DNA from: the human T2T-CHM13v2.0 reference genome, Homo sapiens
Length of the DNA stretch: 64,000 nucleotides
Assembly (NCBI RefSeq): GCF_009914755.1
Contig: NC_060933.1
Strand: one strand, 5' to 3'
Shown here piece after piece: positions 29,191 through 43,989 of the stretch. A model generated the notes under the pieces. That model was not told the DNA's origin. It was given only the letters and a program-made list of their open reading frames with translations, and did not search any database. Each line of letters opens with the position of its first letter. The stretch's first letter is position 1. The position numbers and the translations under genes were made by a program.

Positions 29191-30095
29191 TCTAGCACTA
29201 CCACCACCATTGTTATTTTGTGGAATATTATTTAACTTGTCAAGAATCAAGAACTCCTTACTTTTGCTTTAATTAATTTAAAATCATGAGATGAAGAGAT
29301 TCCTATATTATAATAATAGGAAAAGAATAGGATAGAGATGCTGGAAAAACTGGTGAGATATTCAGATGTACTGTCAATTTATATTTCTGTTCTCATAGAA
29401 CTTTTAATTGGATGCTGTTAGTGATCACATTCTGTCTGCCAGTTTCCAAAGGGTGTGATCAGTTTTTAGAAAGACAATTGAGCCATGGTGTGGGGAAGGG
29501 ACTAGAGGGGACAAGAGCGGTTAGGGGACTCTTAAACTGAGACGTCATATAGTGACATGAACTAAGATAATAGAAGGGAGGGTCGAGGGAAATGAGCAGT
29601 TTGGAGAGATACATATGACGTAATAATATAAACAGTGATTGGAAATGGGTGATGAGGGATTGTGGAGGTAGTAGGGATTACTTATTTTGGATTACCATCA
29701 GTTTTTGCCCACATTTTACGTTGTTTTGTAGTTTTCAAAATAAAAATCACGAGTGGTTAAGATTGTCTTTTTGTCGTTGTTTTACCAATTATAGTGTTTT
29801 ATGTTTATAATTTCCAGGGGAGTTTCCCATTATGTTATTTAATCTTCACAGTTTGTCCTTTGAAGTAAGTCATTTAGACCATTTTACAAATACAGTAGCT
29901 CAAATCTCAGATTAAATACCGTGTAGAGGTTTACACAGTTGACAAAGTTAGAACTTGAATGTAAGTCTTCTGACTTGTTCTGATAGGTATTTCAAAAGCA
30001 TTTTTTGCAGCATTTGGAATACATAAATAGAATTTTGAGGCATATTATTCTGCAACATTTTAAATTTTGTTTTGTTTTTTTTTTTTTTATTACAG

Positions 30096-30491
30096 GGAAT
30101 TGAAAATTCGGTTTTTACTCTAAGTGAAGGACATTCAGCCCAGATTTGTACTGCACAGTTGGGTAAAGCCAGGCTACATTTAAAATTACTTGACTATCTC
30201 AATCACGATTGGAAAAGTGAATATCACATAAAGCCTAATCAGCAAGACATTAGTTTTGTCAGTTTTACTTGTGTTACAGAAATGGAAAAGACTGATTTAG
30301 ATATTGCTGTCCATATGACTTACAATACTGGTCAGACAGTTGTGGCATTTCATAGTCCTTATTGGATGGTCAATAAAACTGGCCGCATGTTACAGTACAA
30401 AGCAGACGGAATTCATCGAAAGCATCCACCTAATTATAAAAAGCCAGTTCTCTTTTCTTTTCAGCCAAATCACTTTTTTAATAACAATAAG
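30096..30491 (+). CDS. VPS13A: VPS13A exon ~48 (396 nt)
   Basis: ttacag|GGA ATT...AAT AAG|gtatgc; core of track ORF 30072..30602 (HSPYWMVNKTG). Confidence 0.95.
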
Positions 30492-30757
30492 GTATGCGAT
30501 GTTTATTCTGTTTTTCCCTTGTCTTTAGCTACTTGTCACTTTTTAGTTTTTAAAGTTCTGAGTAATAAATATTATGAAACTTGGATAGAAATAACTTGTT
30601 AAATATTTGAGGCCAAAAAGATTAGAATTTAATATTATAAAGGTTTAGTGCATTAACAATATAATATTTTGTTTATGCTAAAAAGTAATTTATCAGTTTA
30701 AGCAGGAATTTTTAAAGGTACCTAAATTGTGATGTATTTGGAATATTTTTTTCCTAG

Positions 30758-30862
30758 GTTCAACTTATGGTAACTGATAGTGAGTTGTCCAATCAGTTTT
30801 CAATTGATACTGTTGGTAGTCATGGAGCTGTTAAATGTAAAGGCCTGAAAATGGACTATCAA
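30758..30862 (+). CDS. VPS13A: VPS13A exon ~49 (105 nt)
   Basis: tcctag|GTT...TAT CAA|gtgagt; VQLMVTDSELSNQFSIDTVGSHGAVKCKGLKMDYQ. Confidence 0.94.
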
Positions 30863-30983
30863 GTGAGTTCATTCTATGCTTATCAAGAAACTTTTATTTT
30901 AAATGTTTCTATTAACTACTTAATTAAATTTTATAAAGATGTTATACATAACAGTTTTTGAGCTGTTAATTTTTTTTTCTTAG

Positions 30984-31130
30984 GTTGGTGTCACTATAGA
31001 CCTGAGCAGTTTTAACATTACTAGAATTGTGACATTTACCCCTTTTTATATGATTAAAAACAAAAGCAAATACCATATATCAGTGGCTGAAGAAGGAAAT
31101 GATAAATGGCTCTCTCTTGATTTGGAGCAG
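30984..31130 (+). CDS. VPS13A: VPS13A exon ~50 (147 nt)
   Basis: tcttag|GTT GGT...GAG CAG|gtgggt; VGVTIDLSSFNITRIVTFTPFYMIKNKSKYHISVAEEGNDKWLSLDLEQ. Confidence 0.94.
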
Positions 31131-31798
31131 GTGGGTAGATGAATTTCAAAAATATACCTCTTTGGATTCTATTTTCTCCTTGAAGTTAGATGCCTAAAGT
31201 CACCATGTAATGTTTTAACTCTCCCCTTACTCCAATTTTGTTTTAGTTTCATGAATCTTTATTGAATATTTGTGCCCTGCTCTAGATAGATGGGAAGGTT
31301 CAATTTTTAATAATTAGGTAACTAGGAATGCCCAGCTTGTTAAGGGAGGTAGACGTTTAACAATTACTAACCACTTTGGTTAAATAAAGCAGCCAAAGAC
31401 TAGATAAGATGTAAATGCACCAAAGAGAAGGAAATTACTTATTCTCTCTAGGAAGCTATTAGGAATGCTTTCAGAGAGTAGGGTAAGCCAGACTCTTCTT
31501 CAAGTTATTTGAGGAGAGTAGTAACTTAGAAGTGAAATTTTGATTTTGTGCCATCATTAAATCTTTGAATAAGAGTTTTCTGAATGACTGACAGAGGTTG
31601 ATGGAATATTTTATTTTTGAAGAACTTTTATTCTAAAAGTTAGGATTAGAGAAGTTTTTGCTGTTTCTATTCATTATTCCTTTTTGCATACAAAACCGTC
31701 CTTGTTGGGATTATTCTTGAAGTATATTCTTTAGAATTTCTTTTAGAGCTGGTTTTGAAGGTAAATACCATCAGTGTCTCTAGAAAAATCTCTCTGGC

Positions 31799-31933
31799 GG
31801 GAGGGACAATGATCGGGATATAAACCCAGGCGTTCCAGGGGGCAACGGCAACCCCCTTTAGGTCCCCTCCCATTTATGGGAGCTCTGTTTTCACTGTATT
31901 AAATCTTGCAATTGCAAAAAAGAAAAAAAAGAA
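31799..31933 (+). mobile_element. HERV-W (LTR17) U3-R fragment retrotransposed by L1 (processed retrocopy)
   Basis: LTR17-like 'gatcgggatataaacccagg...ggcaacggcaaccccctttaggtcccctcc...attaaatcttgcaattgc' plus poly(A); perfect 17-bp TSD agaaaaatctctctggc (31782-31798 / 31934-31950). Confidence 0.85.
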
Positions 31934-32824
31934 AGAAAAATCTCTCTGGCTGCCTTCAGTCTTCTCTTTGTCTTTGATGTTCTGCAGTCACACTGCTATA
32001 TGTCTATATGTGGTTTACTTTTTATTTACCCTTCTTGAGGTGCTTTACCCCTAGATCTGTGGATTAATGTATTTCATGCTTTCTGTAAAATTTGCTACTA
32101 TTGTTTCTTTAAATATTGCCTCTCCTCCATTCTTCCGTTTTTTTCCATCTAAGCCGTTAAATCAGACATGTTGGACATTCATACTCTATCCTCCATGTCT
32201 CTTAATAGCTTTTTTATATTTTCCAACTCTCTTTGCTTCATTCTGAGTAAGTTCTACATGGACATCTTTCCTTTTTTTTTTTTTTTTTTTTTTTTTTGCT
32301 TTTGCTGTGTCTGAACTACTATTTAAGTCTTCAGCTGAGTATTTGAATAATTATAGTTCTTATTCCCAGAAATTTCACCTTTTTTCAAGTATATTCATTC
32401 TTTCAACAAATATTGTTTATTTTTTATGTGACTTGCAATATAATAGTTAAAGCCACAGTAGTTAAAGCCCATCTTTATGTAGTTTACGTTTTAGTGGGTA
32501 TAAGGGGAAACATTAATAATACCGTAATCAATTAGTATATAGTATGTTTCAAAGTGACAAGTCTAATGTGGGAAAGTCTGATGTAGGATAAGGGACATTG
32601 AGAGTTCAAGAGCCAGGGGTGGTCTCTAATTTTATGTAAGGTAGTTAGGATGGGACTCATTGGAGTGACATTTGAACAGTGCCTTCGAGGAAATGAGAAA
32701 GTTAGCAATTGTCGAGAGCTCAGCTGAGGAGGAGAGAGCTGAGCTGCCAGGTGTCGGAATAGCTGATTAACACAAACCACAATGAAAGTAACAGTCAAAC
32801 CTTTAATCACTTACTGTGATAGTA

Positions 32825-33373
32825 CAGATTGAGCATCCTTAATCTGAAAATACGAAATCAAAAATGCTCCAAAATTCGAAATATTCCAAAATCCAGAACT
32901 TTTCAAGTGCCACCATGATGCCACAAGTGAAAAATTCTACACCTGACACTTTATGTTTTTCACTTTCTTAACTGTCATTTTTTTTTTTTTTTACTGTTAA
33001 GTACTTATGTGTGAATAAGTGTAAGAAAATGATTGTTTATTGGTAACACAAATTGAGAGTCAGAAATGATGGTGATGCCACACAACCACAGATTGTCAAC
33101 ATGGGTGGTTGAGATAGTGACACATTCTCTTTCTGATGGTCCAATATGTACAAGTTTTGTTTCATGCACAAAATTATTTAAATATTGTATAAAATTACTT
33201 TTGGGCTATGTGTATAAGGTGTATGTGAAACATAAATGAATTTTATGTTTAGAGTTAGATACCATCCCCAAGATATCTCATCATATATATGCAAATATTC
33301 CAAAATCCAAAAGAAGTCCAGAATGTGAAACACTTCTGGTACCAAGCATCTCGAATAGGGGATACTCAACCTG
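32825..33373 (+). mobile_element. Tigger4/Zombi-derived DNA transposon
   Basis: TIRs cagattgagcatcctt / ggggatactcaacctg, preceded by TA. Confidence 0.78.
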
Positions 33374-34731
33374 TGTAAGCAGGAGGCTAAATCAGAGAAA
33401 GCACAATTACCACCTGTGCTGGAATGGCACTGGACAAGGGTTAGGTGGATCAGCACAAACATGGGGATTGTCTCACCGTCTAGGAAACCTTGAACAAAGT
33501 GTCCGGCAGTTTTATGGACCTGGGGGATGGAGTAGGACAAAGCGGAGGAGCTAGGAATGGAAATATGCTGAGCACTGAGAGTAGACAAAAAGTGTCTTCA
33601 CTTTTTGTGAAGTGACTATACCCTTGTTTTAAACTGATCATCTGTGTTCCAGTTCTCAGCTCAGGCGCTCCCTTTCCCCCGATAAAGAGGTCCTGCAGGA
33701 GCTCTCAAGGAAGGCCTCTGCCAAAAAGCTCTCATAAAGAGCTTCCGAATGAAGTGCCTGGGCTAGGAATGCAGACATGGATAAAAGCTTTGGGACAGGG
33801 TTGCTTGAATCCTTAAGACTGCAGTGCCCTGGCTGTGCGCAAAGTCAGGTTATATTCCTAAGCATGTCTCATATCTAGTTCCATTAATTCCATTTTATGG
33901 TTGAATAAAACTGTCTTTAACAAGCTAAGACACTTAGCTCTAACAACCAGGTTCTGCTACATTGTCCTCAAGTCATGTGATGATGATCAGGTATCACACA
34001 TGAGCAGTCTCACTGAAATATATGAAGGGATCAGTCTGGTCAGGGCCTAAGATGGAGTTGACTTAATAGCTTACAGACAAGGCTGGTTCTTCATTCTTTT
34101 TCTTTTAGCTCTGTTTCCAGATTCTTTTGTCCAGTCTTCTCTCTAGTACCTTGACTATCTCCTATTCTTTTAGTTTGGTTTCCAGATCACTCACGTTGAA
34201 GTTATTTCGTACAATTCTGAGCTTCTTTCCTACTCTGAACTTTGAATACTACTTTTACTTTTTTACCCTTATTTGACAACCAGATGCTAGATTTAATACT
34301 TGTTTTGCGTACTTTGATTTCTGCCTAATTTCCAGATAATGTTCATACCTGATTTTGATTTTTAGTAACTGAATGTACACTTGTTTTAAGCCTGATCATC
34401 TGTGTCCCAGTTCTCAGCTCAGGTTTCTTGCTGATTTTTCAACCCTTCTCTGTAAGATCATGACCACATTAAAGTCTCTTTTCTCGCCAGCAGTTCACTT
34501 ACCATAGCTCTTCAATTTGCTATCCACTGCTTCTTGAATGCATAGTGCTGACAAGTGACAATCCATCTTCAAGTTGAAAGTTTACAGCTGTTTAAACAAC
34601 CCAATAACTAGAGCAGTGTTAAAACAGGTTTTTTTATAGTTTAAGTCTATTCTGATGGGAATATTAAGATGATTTATATATTTATGGTGAAATCTGTTTA
34701 TTTTTATAAACATATATAATGTATATTTTAG

Positions 34732-34860
34732 TGTATCCCCTTTTGGCCTGAGTATGCTTCTAGTAAACTTCTTATTCAAGTCGAAAGGAGTGAAGATCCT
34801 CCCAAAAGGATATATTTTAACAAGCAGGAAAATTGTATTCTATTGCGTCTAGATAACGAG
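34732..34860 (+). CDS. VPS13A: VPS13A exon ~51 (129 nt)
   Basis: ttttag|TGT...AAC GAG|gtaagt; CIPFWPEYASSKLLIQVERSEDPPKRIYFNKQENCILLRLDNE. Confidence 0.94.
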
Positions 34861-35054
34861 GTAAGTTTTTTTTTCTTTTTTGCATGTGTCATTAGGAAAG
34901 CTAAAATATACTGACTAGTATTGTATTTATTTTTTGTATCAAATAATTACTTCTGTTGATTTTTCCCCTTTCCCCAAAAACGAACAAACATTTCTTTTTG
35001 TAGAAGGAAACAGAGATCTAAGATAATTTAATTGTTAAATAAAAAGTTAGTTGG

Positions 35055-35501
<447 letters not shown>

Positions 35502-35587
35502 TTATGAATAGTCTGTTCTTAAATGTTATTAGTTAATATTCTTGGGAAAATGATTACATTAAAATGTTTTCTTTTTCTTTCTTCTAG

Positions 35588-35721
35588 CTTGGAGGTATTA
35601 TAGCAGAAGTGAATTTGGCCGAGCATTCTACAGTTATTACATTTTTAGATTATCATGATGGAGCAGCTACATTCCTCTTAATAAATCACACAAAGAATGA
35701 ACTTGTTCAATACAATCAAAG
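35588..35721 (+). CDS. VPS13A: VPS13A exon ~52 (134 nt)
   Basis: ttctag|CTT GGA...CAA AG|gtaaga; LGGIIAEVNLAEHSTVITFLDYHDGAATFLLINHTKNELVQYNQ. Confidence 0.94.
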
Positions 35722-36554
35722 GTAAGATTATCACAAATACAGTAACTCTTGATGGTGTAAGTCTAGATGATGAGGCACAGTTTTTTTTGATAATTTCTTA
35801 AGAGTATAAACACTGATAATAGCATTGTAGCTGTGTAAAACAGTGTTCCATTAAAAAATGTACTTGAAGCATGTAGGGGTAAAACTGACTTGATGTCTAC
35901 AATTTATTTTGAAATGCTTCAAAGAAAGAAAAATGGAAGAGCTGAAGCAAGTGTGGCAAAAGCTTGTTCATTGTTGACTCTGATGAGGAGTCTGTCAGAG
36001 TTTGTTAGGAGTCTCTGAATTTTGTCTATTTTTGAATTTTTTCATGTGTTTAATATAGTGTAAATATGTAAAATTTCAGATTTTTTTTTCAAACAGTAGG
36101 TACCCTCTTGTTGAGCTGTCTTGGGGAAAGGACTGCTTCCTTAAAGGCTATAATTGAATCTTCATGGTTTAGGACTACTCTTCAACATTATTCATTTTAT
36201 TTGCTGTTATATCTTCTTAGTGCCACTACAGGTTATGCAAGTTTCTGATCCTCTACTTAGTAGTTCCAGGCTGTCTTGAATTTATTTTGTTTCCTTTCTT
36301 TCTTTCTTTTCACCTGTTACTTTTCAACAAGCACATATTTATCATTGCACTTCCACTTTCCTTCCACTGCTAACTGTACAACTTCTAATCATTGATTAAA
36401 ATCAAACAGACATTGAGTAGGGACCACAGGGCTGGACTAGCAAGTACCTAAAACTCGTTTGGGGTAGCATTCTCTCATCTATTTAAGATGTTAAGAAAGA
36501 GGGATGCCTGTTTTTTTTAATTATCCATATTATAAAAATAATAAGTTGTTTCTA

Positions 36555-37922
36555 AACATGTGTGCAAGTGTCTTTTTAATATAATGACTTCTCTTCCTTT
36601 GAGAAGATACCCAGTACTGGGATTGCTGGATCAAATGATAGTTCTGCTTTTAGTTCTTTAAGGAATCTCCATACTGTTTTTCATAGTGTTTGTACTAGTT
36701 TACATTCCCACCAGCAGTGTGAAAGTGTTCCCTTTTCACCACATCCATGTTAACATCTATTTTTTTTTAATTTAAATTATGATCATTTTTGCAGGAGTAA
36801 GGTGGTATCTCATTGTGGTTTTAATTTGCATTTCCCTCATAATTAGTGATGCTGAGCTTCTTTTTATATGTTTCTTGGCCACTTGTATATCTTCTTTTGA
36901 GAATTGTCTATTCATGTCCTTAGCCCACTTTTGATGGGATTATTGTGTTTTTGTTTTTGTTTTCTTGCTGATTTGTTTGAGATCCTTACAGATTCTGGAT
37001 ATTAGTCCTTTGTCGGATGCATAGTTTGCAAATATTTTCTCCCATTCTGTGCGTTGTCTCTTTACTCTGCTGATTATTCCTTTTGCTGTGCAGTAGCTTT
37101 TTAGTTTAATTAGGTCCCATCTATTTTTATTTTGTTGCATTTGCTTTTGGGTTCTTGGTCATGAACTCTTTGCCAAAGCCAGTGTCTAGAAGAGTTTTTC
37201 CAGTATTATCTTCTAGAATTTTTATGGTTTCAGGTTCTACATTTAAGTCTTTGATCGATCTTGAGTTGATTTTTGTATAAGGTGAGAGATGAGAATCCAA
37301 TTTTATTCTTCTACATGTGGCTTGCCCACGATCCCAGTACCATTTGAATAGGAGATAGTCAAAGTACCAGAAAGAAGACTGGACAAAAGAATCTGGAAAC
37401 AAAAGAGCTAAAAGAACAAGAGTGAAGAACCAGCCTTGTCTGTAAACCATTAAGTCAACTCTATCTTAGGCCCTGGCCAGACTGGTCTCTTCACATCTAG
37501 TCCCTTCACTAGAATAAGGTGTCCTTTCCCTACTTCATGTTTTTGTTTGTTTTGTTGAAGATAATTGGCTGTAAGTATTTGGCTTTATTTCTGGTTTCTC
37601 TATTCTGTTCCATTGGTCTGCATGCCTATTTTTATACCAGTACCATGCTGTTTTGGTGACTATAGGCATTGTAGTATACTTTGAAGTAGGATAACGTGAT
37701 GCCCCCAGGTTTGTTCTTTTTGCTTAGTATTGCTTTGGCTATGAGGGCTCCTTTTATGGTTCCATATAAATTTCAGGATTTTTTTTCTAGTTCTGTGAAG
37801 AATGTTGATGGTATTTTTATGGGAATTGCATTGAATCTGTAGATTGCTTATGGCAGTATGGTCATTTTCATAATATTGAATCTACCCATCCATGAGCATG
37901 AGATGTGTTTCCATTTGTTTGT
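36555..37922 (-). mobile_element. L1PB/old L1PA ORF2 fragment containing a foreign ~165-bp insert
   Basis: antisense ORF2 (track ORFs 36940, 37127: [23 protein letters not shown]). Confidence 0.85.
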
Positions 37923-38051
37923 TAAATTTAAACTTTTAAATAAATATTCCCTTCTTATGTAATCTCCCCTGTCATTATCCTAGTTCAGTAACCCTCCATT
38001 TCTTATCTATTTGAGTAGATTTTTATGCGTTGTTTTGTTTTATTTGAGTAG

Positions 38052-38222
<171 letters not shown>

Positions 38223-38527
38223 CATTTGAGTAGATTTTTTATCTATCTCTATATATCTAGTCTTATCTTTAGTAAATCTCCCATTTTCCACTAGAATGAG
38301 TTTTCTAAAATAAGAAATATAATCATATCTCTCTAGTTTAAAGTTTTTCTTTTTTTACCCATTTCTTTAAAAATATACTTCTAGGCTGCCTTTCTAAACA
38401 TTTATCTTTCCGTGGCCTAAATCTTACCCTATACAAAGTGAAGTTTTTTTTTTTCCTGAATGCTCTGGGTCTTTCCATGTGTTTTTACCTGAATAGGTGT
38501 TTCTTTCAGCTAGAAAAATGCCATTCT

Positions 38528-39213
38528 GTAATTATTAAAAAATCAAGAAACAACAGATGATGGCAAGGCTGTGGAGAAATAGGAACGCTTTTACACTGTT
38601 GCTGGAAGTGTTAATTAGTTCAACCATTGTGGAAGACAGTGTGGTGATTCCTCAAAGACCTAGAACCCAAAATACCATTTGACCCAGCAGTCCCCTTCCT
38701 GGGTATGTACTCAAAGGAATAGAAATCATTCTCTTATAAAGATAGATGCACACACATGTTCACCGCAGCACTATTCACAATAGCAAAGACATGGAATCAA
38801 CCCAAATGCCCATCAACGATAGACTGGATGAAGAAAATGTGGTACATATACACCATGGATACTATGCAGCCGTAAAAAGGAACGAGATCATTCCTTTGCA
38901 AGGACATGGATGGAGCTAGAAGCTATTATCCTCAGCAACAAGAACAGAAAACCAAACACCGCATGTCCCTGCTTATAAGTGGGAGCTGAACAATGAGAAC
39001 ACATGGACACAGGGAGGGGAACAACACACACTGGGGCCTGTTGGGGGCATGGTGGCAGGGAGAACATCAGGATAAATAGCTAATGCATGTGGGGCTTAAT
39101 ACTTAGGTGTAGGTTGGTAGGTGCAGCAAACCACCATGGAATACATTTACCTATGTAACAAATCTGCACGTTCTGCACGTGTATTCTGGAACTTAAATTT
39201 AGGAAAAAAAAAA
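38528..39213 (+). mobile_element. 5'-truncated L1PA (about PA8-PA10), 3' end
   Basis: 3' UTR plus A tail; 16-bp TSD agaaaaatgccattct (38512-38527 / 39214-39229). Confidence 0.9.
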
Positions 39214-39872
39214 AGAAAAATGCCATTCTATGTGATCCCTTCCCTTGCCACCTTAATCTATGTACCCCAGTTTTTGATAGCACCTTTACATATGTAGATT
39301 GCAGCATTCGTCACATTGTGTTACTTTCTTGTGAGTTTGAGACATGTACACACAGATAGTGAATAGTCTGAGGACTATGGTTAGTTTCCCTTTTCTTGGA
39401 ATTTTCATTGCCTGTCCCAGGTAGTCCAGTACGTTTTTGCATAAGGAATACTCTGCAATGAATTAAACAGATTAAAATTTGTATGAATTAAGAGCATTTT
39501 TAAATATTTTTAAACCAAATTTATTTGATAATCAACACATTTACATTTGATTTTTTTTTTCATGGAAAAATGAAGAGTATGATTTTGTTTTCTCCTCCAC
39601 ATTTCCTTCTCTTGGCTTTTAAAAAAATATGGATGTTATTTCCTGCATATAAAAGTAATAGTTGTTAAATTACTGTTTTAAAAAATACTACAGAAAAAAT
39701 GTGAAAGAGGACCATAATCCCTGTAATCCAAATACTGTCAACATTTTGGTTCATTGCTTTTCCTTTCCTTTCCTCCCTCCTTTGTTCTCTCCCTCCCTCC
39801 CTTTCTTCCTTCCTTATGTATCTCTCACATTTGACAGCTATTGTGAGCATATCAATTTGCTTCAAAGCACAA

Positions 39873-40089
39873 TTTTTTTTTCTTTCTAACTTTTATTATA
39901 GGTTCAGGGGTTACATGTGCAGGTTTGTTACATGGGTAAATTGCATGTCACGGGGTTTTGGTATACAGATTGTTTCATTACCCAGGTAATAAGCATGATA
40001 CCCAATAGGTAGTTTTTCGATTCTCACCCTCCTTTTACTCTCCACCCCCAAATAGGTTCCCGATGTCAGTTGTTCCTTCTTTGTGTCCC
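39873..40089 (-). mobile_element. Short old L1PA 3' end
   Basis: antisense 3' UTR; degenerate TSD caaagca..attttt. Confidence 0.8.
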
Positions 40090-40214
40090 TGCAAAGCATG
40101 ATTTTTACTGAATGCGTGATATTCTATCATTTAGATGCTCTACAATTAAATAAATACTTAATTGTTCAGAATTTTTATTTCAACTTTTATAATTTTAGAA
40201 TCAGTTTATCTTCT

Positions 40215-40523
<309 letters not shown>

Positions 40524-41896
40524 CAGTTTATCTTCTAATAACGATCCTCAACCCATTTGTAATCATTGTAATAACTAGTTTATAATTCCTTACCATATTT
40601 TTTTGTAGTATATTGTCTTCTAATGATTTTTTGGAAAATACATATTCTGTTTCGGTTATGGATAATTCCTTTTTTGTTATTGAAGGTTTCGATACATTTA
40701 AAATCAATTTTAAGATTGAAACAGTATCTGCTAGCTTACCCATAAAAAATTGTAATGCTTTTTTACCTTTTCTTCAACCTCTTTCCAAATTCTTACTTTC
40801 TTGTGAATATAATTTGGTATGTTTTCAAACAGATTAATATAAAATGGTTAGCTTTTCAAAATATGTATTATTTCATTCAAGGCCCTTTTGGTATTTGCAT
40901 TGATTTTAATGTTTTAACAAAAAAATGACTTTCTTAAACTGGTTTAATTGTTCACTACAGGTTCCTCAATATTTCTATATCCTAGTTGTTAAAATGTTGT
41001 TCTGAGTTCATCTCTAGCTTGGTTGGAAAAAGTCTGAGTTATTTTTTTAGTAAAGATTTGTGGATAGTGTTATGCTATTGCTTGTTCGAAATGTCTTATT
41101 CTTACAAATTTATGACAATTTGACATAAAATTTTAAGTGATAACGTTTTTCTCAAAATTGTATAGGTATTGTGCCATTGTTTTTTGATATTAAACATCAT
41201 TGAACTGTGAGAGTAACATTTTTATTTTCTTGCGAGTGACTATGATTTTCCTAGATATGTGTTAGGGTTTTTTCCCCCCTATTTTCTTACAAAGATATGT
41301 CTAGAATGATACTGTTTTCATTTATGTCTGATACCCAGTGAAGTCTTTTAAATCTGCAGAGTTAATTCCTTCTTCTACTCAGAAGAGCTATATTTTATTA
41401 CTTGTTTGGTTTATAACTTTTGTAATGTTTTTTTCTTTCTGAGCATCTTTTTGTGAGTCAACTGAATTTCTTAGATGTGTATTTCATGTTTTGTGATTTT
41501 AAAGAATAATTTAGTTACTTTGTTTTTGCTCTAGTAAGACCAATACTTAGGAAAGAGTTACCAATTAAATTATCTTAGAATTGGTATAAATAGGGTAAAA
41601 TAGTTGGAATAATTTTCCATAATTAATTTGTATTAAAAAATTGACAAAACAGTTTTAAAGACTTGAAGACCTTCATTTCCTAAGTAGAACATGTATTTTC
41701 TAAGTGGGAAAATAATGAGAAATATTCATTAGTGAACCCTTTTTTAATTGTATAAGGTAAGAATTTCAGCCTTGTTTTAATCAGAACGATCACAGATCTC
41801 AGTGAACTAAGAATTAATGAAGTATTATTTTAGTTTTTTTTTAATCTCTTCGTGTACTTGCATTTAATTTAACGCGTATTTTTGCTACTGTGTCAG

Positions 41897-42026
41897 TTCT
41901 CTCAGTGAAATAGAAGATTCCCTCCCTCCTGGTAAAGCCGTGTTTTATACATGGGCTGATCCGGTGGGCTCTAGAAGGCTGAAGTGGAGATGTAGAAAAA
42001 GCCATGGTGAAGTAACACAGAAGGAT
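41897..42026 (+). CDS. VPS13A: VPS13A exon ~53 (130 nt)
   Basis: tgtcag|T TCT...AAG GAT|gtaagt; SLSEIEDSLPPGKAVFYTWADPVGSRRLKWRCRKSHGEVTQKD. Confidence 0.92.
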
Positions 42027-42081
42027 GTAAGTATTGGGTTATTATGGTGTTCCCAGCAGCCTTTTTTAAAAAAGGTATTTG

Positions 42082-42543
<462 letters not shown>

Positions 42544-43989
42544 TCAAAATAGTATTCAAGTATTTACTTAACCAAAAATGTTTAAAACCAAAAGTAGTCT
42601 TATTTTGTTTACATCATTTGCTTCTACTGTGTTATAAAGAATAAAGTTGTGTTTAGAGAAGTGCTTTCAGCATTCACCTGAAAAACAAATATGTTCTCTG
42701 CATTGACAATCATACTAGGTAGATTTAGCTTCTGTAAGGAACATTTAAGGATCCACTGAGTGAACTAAAACAAACTTATTTCTGAGTGGCAAGCTATGAT
42801 GATAAAGTTATGCACATATATTTTCTGGTAACATTTTAAATACTTTCAGAAAATTTTTAAAAGTTTTTAATCCTTCAAGATTCATCTTAATTTGACTCCT
42901 GATGTTTTTTTTTCTTACCACTGGTGATTTTTTCTTCCTGCTTATCAGTAGGTGGTATTTTCTCATTGTCTTTCAGTGCTGCTGTTGAGGAGTCTGCTGT
43001 GGGTATTGTTTACATTGTATTTAAGAGGATTGCCTATAAGTGGCCTTTCAGTTTTAAAAATTCATTACTATTAGATTTATTCAGGAAAAAAAATTGTACT
43101 TTGATATAAAAAGTCTTATGCATTTGATCTGTTGATTAGTACTTTGCATATTTATATCATAGTGATAGTTTGAAGCTTATAAAGATAAATCAGACATTCA
43201 CTGTAAAATATTAGAAAGACTTCAGTGAAATAAGTTAGTCTTCTTGATTCTCAATGTGGTTTTAGTGATATACATATATATACTTAGAAAGTATTACAAG
43301 TAAGGTAAGTATCCCCAGATAATTATTTTATGGTAACAACTCACAGTTTTTAATTTCTGTATATTGCAACGTGAAGGTATACTATATAGTAAAATTTTCT
43401 GAAAATCAGAATATTAACTAGAAATTAATGGCTGAATATTAATTATGAGAATTTGCTATGTTTATCTTGTCATTGACCCTCAAAACCCTGATATCAGCAC
43501 ATTTATGTGAGATTCCTGCAGAAATAGCCTCATGATGAATATACATGCTTTGTAGAACATACAATTGAGATACAAGATATTTTTTATCCTGTTTGATTCA
43601 GCTATGAAAGGAAATGTGAATTTCAAACTGAAACAACTTTTAATACATATCACATTGCTGTAGTCTTAGAATAAAGCAGAAAAAAATACTTTGTGTTACA
43701 GATTAGCCTACGTGGGAAGGTTCAATTTTATTAAAATGTTTAAATTAAAAAAGTAAACAATTGGCCTGTCTTTATGAGTAATAATTTTATAACAGATAAC
43801 ATCAAATGATTTCAATAATGTAAATTTGCAAGTATTCTACAAATATTAATTCATTTAGTTGCCACTAACCCCATGAAGTAGGTGCCATTAATAGTCTCAT
43901 TTTATAAATGTGAAATCTAAATTTCATGTTCTTTGGGACCAAATTCTAATTTTTTGGTTTTTTTTTTTTTTTTGGTGGTTTTATTCTAG

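Noticed and set aside
30072-30602. Stand-alone 176-aa ORF (similarly 8836..9201 and 43993..44253)
   Set aside because: These are VPS13A exons read through their flanking intron sequence; splice sites define the true limits.
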